Source: Toensbergia leucococca
Taxonomy: Eukaryota
Length of the DNA: 28,643 nt
Assembly: GCA_022813965.1 (NCBI GenBank)
Contig: JALDZS010000088.1
Span: 62,001 to 90,643 of the forward strand
Reading direction: 5' to 3'
Shown here: in pieces, positions 22,860-28,643 of the stretch
Layout of the letters: every line of letters begins with the position of its first letter
Numbering within the stretch: the stretch's first letter is position 1
Notes under the pieces: model-generated
What the model was told of the DNA's origin: nothing
Databases searched by the model: none
Seen by the model: only the letters and a program-made list of their open reading frames with translations
Position numbers and translations under genes: made by a program

Positions 22860-23867
22860 GGTGGTTTCGTAATAGAGATGGCATGAGTTCTCAGTTGGTT
22901 ATATAAAGAGCGACTTATTACCATGATTTACAGAGAACAGATTGTACTGAAGATTAAGGTACTTGACAGTTTTCCAATTCACTCAGCTATGTAGTCTAAA
23001 CTTAGAACTAGAATACCTTACTCGCTAAGTAGAATACCGAGTACGGATACTGTTCTCAAACAACCAACAACGGTCAGCGGCTCCACAGCCATACCCTCGT
23101 CCAAAAGTGTAGTCTAACAAAGGCCTAGACGGCACATGTTCTACATCGCGGCTGTGTTAGGCAGTTGACAAATTAAAGATGGGTTACGGAGTACACCAAT
23201 CTACTTTGATTTTGTGTAGAGCCACATTCCCGTTTCTGCGCGTATCCTAGCAGCCCTATTCTAGTGCGAAAGTGGCTTAATACCTAGGTAGATATTGCCG
23301 AGATCGCCTAATGCAGGTCCCGTCTTGGCAGCCTCGGCAGCGAATCCCGTGCATCAAGGGCTTCAATATCCGTGTCATGGCCACCACCAGTGACAAATGG
23401 CGTCCAATTGTGACTTCAACCAATTGTCGGACAATTGATCACATCTCATTCTCTGGTTACGCTGAAAGCCCGAAGCAAATACGTTCGTCCTTCGACCTCT
23501 CAACCTGGCCACCTCTCGAATCTGACCCACGTCTCAAACCGCGTTGTAATCTCCCGGCAAATTGCACATGCGCCAGATGCCTGTTCTGCGTCATTGTCTT
23601 CCCCGAGACTGCTCCAACTTCACCACATATTCGCCTGCAATGGGGGAAGGATTTGATTGATCGTTGGCCAAGATTAGCACGTTCCTTAATACAAGTCCAC
23701 GCCGTTGATCGAAGACCATCATCTTCTACCTGATACCTATCCAATTGAGCAAGTGCACAGAATGAGGGAATACCGAGAAAATCTGCACAAAGCAAGTACG
23801 ACGGCATGCAAGGCTTCAGCCTCTATACAGTCAATATCATCCTATTATCTCGCTGGGCTAGATTGCT

Positions 23868-26315
23868 ATGGAAAGCACACAACAACTTGCCGTGATGGCT
23901 CACACCAGAGGTGAAGAGCAGCTGACAAGCCCGGTAAACACCACAAGAGTCGTTGGAAGATCTTTGAGAAAGCAAAAGAGTCTTCCCAGGTTATTATCCT
24001 CATCATCTTGGAGAAATGCCAGACCAAGAACGCCGTCGCTAGATGAACCCCCGCCGACTCCCGTAATTCCGGATCACTTCCTATCATCTTCGCCGACACT
24101 GCCTGGATCTCCTCTTTACAGTCAGAACAACTCACCTGTCGATTTCCAAGTACCTGTAAGTCCCGAGGAGGTCAACTTGAATAGAGCCAAGGCAGAAGAA
24201 CATAATCGACCTGAGCCTACAGCGAAGCCTACTTCGAGGCGTATTTTCAGCAGTCACACTTCACGAACCGGGACTTCAGAGGCAGGCATGAATACTACAA
24301 TCGCACGTAGCTGTTTAGATCAGTCTGAGATACCACGAGCCACAAGTATAGGACATACCCGCAAAGCTGAGAAGCCAAAGATAATACAACACTCCCCGAC
24401 CTTTCATGTCTTACCAAATCAATCACAAGAAGAAGTGCAGACTCCAATTACTTTTCGACCCATCAGTAGAGACCGGGAAGCTTCGACCTCTTCACACAAG
24501 ACTTACGGTCCCAACCAAAAGGCCAAGGCTGCTCTTAGACCCTCCACTGCCGTGGGCGATCGTAGCTTCAAACAAGGCGGAGACTTGCTGCGTGGAAAAG
24601 GATTCAAATTTGCAAACAATCTGGAGGAAGAGCCTGTATCAACCAACAAATCTCAACGTTCAGTCTCAGATAGTCGGACACCATTACAAGGACTGTCTGA
24701 TCATGAAGAAGTCAGGGCAAGCTTTCGATCTGCTCTGACTAGTAGTTCAAGCATCTTGGATATTGGCAGTACGGAACGGAGTAGTGTCATGACTAAAGAT
24801 AGCTCTATTAGTGATTTGACTCCCGATGTTTTGGAGAGGCCAGGGTCAAAAAGTGGGAGCATGACTGTTGACGATGCTATCGGAATGTATTCTACTGGCT
24901 TTGCGGATGATACCGATTCCGAATATGATGAAAAACAAGCCCCTAGCAGCGAAGAAGACCGACGGCGGTCAATCAAAATAGCTGAAGCAATGAGCGATAC
25001 GATCGACTCTAATTCACTCTCGCCTATGCCACCTTCGTCTCCTGGGTTACGAAGTTCGACTTCAATAATGTCCGGCGATGCTTTCCGGAGCTCCTCACCA
25101 CAACCACCGTGTATATTGCCTCCAACCTCGAAGCACGATCAGTACGGTTTTCGGAAGACCTCTCATAACATCAGTACCACACAACATGATGCTTGGAGTA
25201 TTGAATACACACCGATTCAGGAAAGACGCATACTGAAATGGATATCTTACATGAGAGATCACAGCCTTTCGACATATCATCCGCTTCGATTCCCTGACCG
25301 ATCAGCCAAAGCTCAAAGATTCATCCGAAAAGGCATTCCTCCTGTATGGCGTGGCGCGGCTTGGTTCTTCTATGCTGGCGGCGATGCCCTACTACGCGAT
25401 CACCCCGACGCTTATTCCACCTTAGTATCCCGCTCTCGTACCTCAGAACTCGGGGACAACGACAAAGAAATCATCGAACGAGATCTACACCGAACCTTTC
25501 CTGACAACATTCACTTCAAGCCTGATAGCCCCATCAATACACCATCATCAATTCCTTCTCTCGAATCGCCACTTTTATCCTCCCTCCGACGTGTTCTTCG
25601 TGCTTTTGCTCTCCACAACCCTCGTATAGGCTATTGCCAATCGCTCAACTTCCTAACCGGCCTTCTCCTCCTCTTCCTCTCCGAGGAAAAATCTTTTTGG
25701 ATGCTTCACATCATCACGACTAAGTACCTACCTGGGACGCACGAAGTCAGCCTCGAGGGAGCAAACGTGGATCTTTGGGTCCTTATGACCGCTTTGAAGG
25801 AAAGTATGCCTGGAATTTGGACTAAAGTAGGCGGAGAGAGCGGTGGAGACGTTGGGATCCAAAGTGCGACGAGATTACCTCCAATAAGCTTATGCACGAC
25901 AAGCTGGTTCATGTCCCTTTTTATTGGCACGCTACCTGTGGAGTCCGTGCTTCGGGTGTGGGATGTGCTTTTCTACGAAGGCAGTAGGACGCTTTTTCGT
26001 GTGGCGTTGGCAATTTTCAAAATTGGAGAGCAGCGAATCAAGGATGTGAATGATCCGATGGAGATCTTTCAAGTAGTTCAGGCATTACCAAGGGGCATGT
26101 TGAACGTGGCAACATTGATGGAGGTATCATGTCGTAGAAATGGGGTAAGCCAAGAGTGGGTGGAAAGGAGGAGGAAAGAAAGAAAAGGTTGGTACGCTGG
26201 AGAGAGAGAAAAGATGCAGGAGGCGACTGAAACTACTGGTGGAGAAACTTGCGCACGTGGAGGGCGAGACAGGGCAAGCTCTGGATGGAGGAGACGGGTG
26301 GGGCTTGGAAGGTGA
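23868..26315 (+). CDS. Rab GTPase-activating protein with TBC domain (Gyp3/Msb3-Msb4-like), 815 aa, single exon
   Basis: DQYGF, FIRKGIPPVWRGAAW, Arg finger IERDLHRTFP, Gln finger IGYCQSLNF, and LRVWDVLFYEGSRTLFRVAL. Long Ser/Pro-rich N-terminus. Confidence 0.95.
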   Translation: MESTQQLAVMAHTRGEEQLTSPVNTTRVVGRSLRKQKSLPRLLSSSSWRNARPRTPSLDEPPPTPVIPDHFLSSSPTLPGSPLYSQNNSPVDFQVPVSPEEVNLNRAKAEEHNRPEPTAKPTSRRIFSSHTSRTGTSEAGMNTTIARSCLDQSEIPRATSIGHTRKAEKPKIIQHSPTFHVLPNQSQEEVQTPITFRPISRDREASTSSHKTYGPNQKAKAALRPSTAVGDRSFKQGGDLLRGKGFKFANNLEEEPVSTNKSQRSVSDSRTPLQGLSDHEEVRASFRSALTSSSSILDIGSTERSSVMTKDSSISDLTPDVLERPGSKSGSMTVDDAIGMYSTGFADDTDSEYDEKQAPSSEEDRRRSIKIAEAMSDTIDSNSLSPMPPSSPGLRSSTSIMSGDAFRSSSPQPPCILPPTSKHDQYGFRKTSHNISTTQHDAWSIEYTPIQERRILKWISYMRDHSLSTYHPLRFPDRSAKAQRFIRKGIPPVWRGAAWFFYAGGDALLRDHPDAYSTLVSRSRTSELGDNDKEIIERDLHRTFPDNIHFKPDSPINTPSSIPSLESPLLSSLRRVLRAFALHNPRIGYCQSLNFLTGLLLLFLSEEKSFWMLHIITTKYLPGTHEVSLEGANVDLWVLMTALKESMPGIWTKVGGESGGDVGIQSATRLPPISLCTTSWFMSLFIGTLPVESVLRVWDVLFYEGSRTLFRVALAIFKIGEQRIKDVNDPMEIFQVVQALPRGMLNVATLMEVSCRRNGVSQEWVERRRKERKGWYAGEREKMQEATETTGGETCARGGRDRASSGWRRRVGLGR

Positions 26316-26675
26316 GTTGCATGAGTACGTTGCTCCCACTCCAGTAGCGGGAGGATATGCTGAGCTATCGAGTTGGTTTTTGCATTGGATTCTATCATAT
26401 TTTGCATGTTTAGATGGCGAGACGCATATACACGACGTCACGAAGTACATGGTTCGAAAGAGTATCTTATACTATATTACATTCATGTTAAGATGGGGTT
26501 ACCTCGCTACTAATATAGCATTCCGAATCCACGCAATTATAAACTTACTCTGTGATTAGGTAGTGGCAGGATAGAGGTGACGTGTTAGTGGTTATGCCCA
26601 GCAGCCTACAACAATGCTACAGTGTGAATCCCGTGTGAAGCTGAAGCTTTCACCATTTTCACCACCTCCAGCCAA

Positions 26676-27219
26676 CCTCAGGTCTTTGACGACTGGGAGA
26701 AGCTTACCTCTACTCATGCCGTTGGCTAAGATCCAGCTATAATGGTTGCTCTCCGACGCCAATATGGCGAACTTGACTTTACGGTCACTGCAAATTGTGA
26801 ATTCCTTGCATTCGCCGCTGCTGAATATGCAATTGCTAGGCTTGGCATCTCTGCGGATCTCATCATTCGGTGGCGATATGCTTTGGGAGGGAACACCCGT
26901 TGTGGAACTCTTTCTGACCATCAAGGATCAAACGCTGTTCACAGATTTCCTTCTGTACACAATAAATGTGGGCTACATGGTAAAGTACACATTGAAGGAG
27001 CCCGCCAAATTATAGACAACTTCATCACATTCAAGCGCCACAGATACTCTGATGTTGACCTACGGGGAGTGGGCAATTCCGGATGACAGGTGTATCTATG
27101 TCTACAACCACTCTTGGACTGTCAACTAGAGATTGTGGGAAGAGGTGCATAAAGCACATTGGAGTGATGTGATCTTAGTCCCAAGTACGACAAGGATATT
27201 GACAGAACTTGTTCGAAAG
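26676..27219 (+). pseudogene. N-terminal relic of a fungal AAA+ ATPase gene, truncated before Walker A
   Basis: ALRRQYGELDFTV..CEFLAFAAA..WR; after a frameshift, DFLLYT..KYTLKEP..*..ATDTLMLTYGEW..IYVYNHSWTVN*RLWEEVHKAHWSDVIL. This recalls the xxxVQKAxWxDVIL segment that precedes the P-loop in a fungal AAA family. Stops at 26727, 27013 and 27127. Confidence 0.7.
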
Positions 27220-28643
27220 GTGTTAATTCCAACAGCTGTGGCCCCAGTGAAATGCGTGCGAATTCCCTTCGTTTGGAGACACCTATTCCAGGCAGAAACT
27301 ACAATTTCCACTCGGGAATGAGGCATTACGCCAGCGTGATGTATTCTGGGCACGACTAATCGTCTTCTGCGGCGTCACATGGTCGATACTGATACCAGTC
27401 TCGAAGAGGTCGAACACCAATTTGCATTGATATATTCAGACTTGGGTATGGTTGTCAAGTCTGCCATTCGCAGTCAAGACCGTTAGAGTCACTATTAATG
27501 TCACATTGCTATAAAATAACCTGCAGTCTTTGCTCAGGCTTTGAAAACCGGCACCCTTCCTAGAATCCTTCGATCTTGTAATGACTCAATTCGTTTGATG
27601 GGCCCCTTCTCGTTCATCTGCTGTTGTGGACGAGTAAGGCACTAAGTCTGTCGATCAATAGTGTTAAGATGATACTTGCGCTGTGAGGCTATGGGGGGAG
27701 CTGAGTCTGGCTTGAATTGAAGTAAATAATCGCGAGCCTGGTGCTATTTCTCATATGCTGATAGAGACATAGAACCCCTGTACTTATATAGGGACACCAT
27801 CCGTTTTGTCGAGACATTACTGGTCACGCAATTACTAACAATTGATATAGTCTCCGTTGGCACACCGAGACTGCTCGCAAACACGCACTCATCATACCTT
27901 CTAGACTCATGCCCTCTGTACATCATCTGTTGTCCACGCATGAAGTACCGAGACCATGGCTCAGAAAATTCTGTCATAATAATGCGGCATTTTGGAACAT
28001 TAGGGGACCGTATTACTTTTCAACTGATACTAGTTTGATTGCTCGTGGCTACCTACCCAATGAAGGCTACGTTCGATTTGTAAGCATACAATTTTCTTTC
28101 GTACTGAGAAGAGCGTTTAAAGCAGCTGCAAGTACTCCCAGGCCCCAAAATCTCCCTTAGCTAGACTTGAGTATCACCTGCGGCGTGGATCAACGAAGGT
28201 ATCAATTTGAGACTCAGCACAGGGAGAAGATAGAGCTCATTCATTGAAGACTTCATTTTGGCGTTTCGTAGGGGCAGTGACTCTCAAAACACCATGGTCA
28301 CAGTAGAAGAGGACTGGAGGAGGGGTAATACTTCGGATGGCCCATAGCGATGGAAAAGGGTACGACTGTGTTGCATACAACTACCGGCCATATCATCAGG
28401 AGATCCAAATCTCTTTGTTCACAATTTTTGACCAGGATGAATGGGAACAATGGTTTTTGTGATACCACTCCTCGAGCAGGAGGACAGGAAAAGATCAGGA
28501 GTCGGTTGCTGAAAGAATGATGACTACGAGGTCAATTTTTAAAGTATTGCAAATGGCCAACGTAGGAACTGCGGCTTGGCATAGAACAGGTCAGTTATCG
28601 TGATTTTCACCTATTCTACAAGTATGAACATCAATTCAACCGT

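Noticed and set aside
27437..27463. 8-bp inverted repeat CAGACTTG..CAAGTCTG
   Set aside because: Short, isolated hairpin with no context.
27700..28643. Intron-like signals and broken reading frames at the right end
   Set aside because: No continuous model or recognisable domain; needs downstream sequence.

Overview
Genomic DNA from a filamentous ascomycete (Pezizomycotina), judged from short GT..AG introns with CTRAY branch sites and fungal gene families. The left arm (1-10.7 kb) holds a tandem F-box-like hypothetical protein (-), an E2 ubiquitin-conjugating enzyme, a membrane-anchored pepsin-like protein lacking its first catalytic Asp and an intact signal peptide, a 6-Cys CFEM/GPI protein and a DUF427 gene with a 399-nt intron. 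The middle (~10.7-20.6 kb) is a gene-poor decayed island. It contains a candidate solo LTR, Ty3/Gypsy integrase and protease relics, and two tandem disrupted genes that share an atypical C-x2-C-x10-C-x7-C-x2-C-x6-C cluster and a splice-donor position. The right arm holds tRNA-Gly(GCC), an acyltransferase-3 gene (-), a TBC Rab-GAP and a truncated AAA-ATPase pseudogene. I see no intact novel multi-gene system. The best lead is the atypical Cys6 gene pair inside the decayed island. All family calls come from motif recognition by eye; no searches were run.
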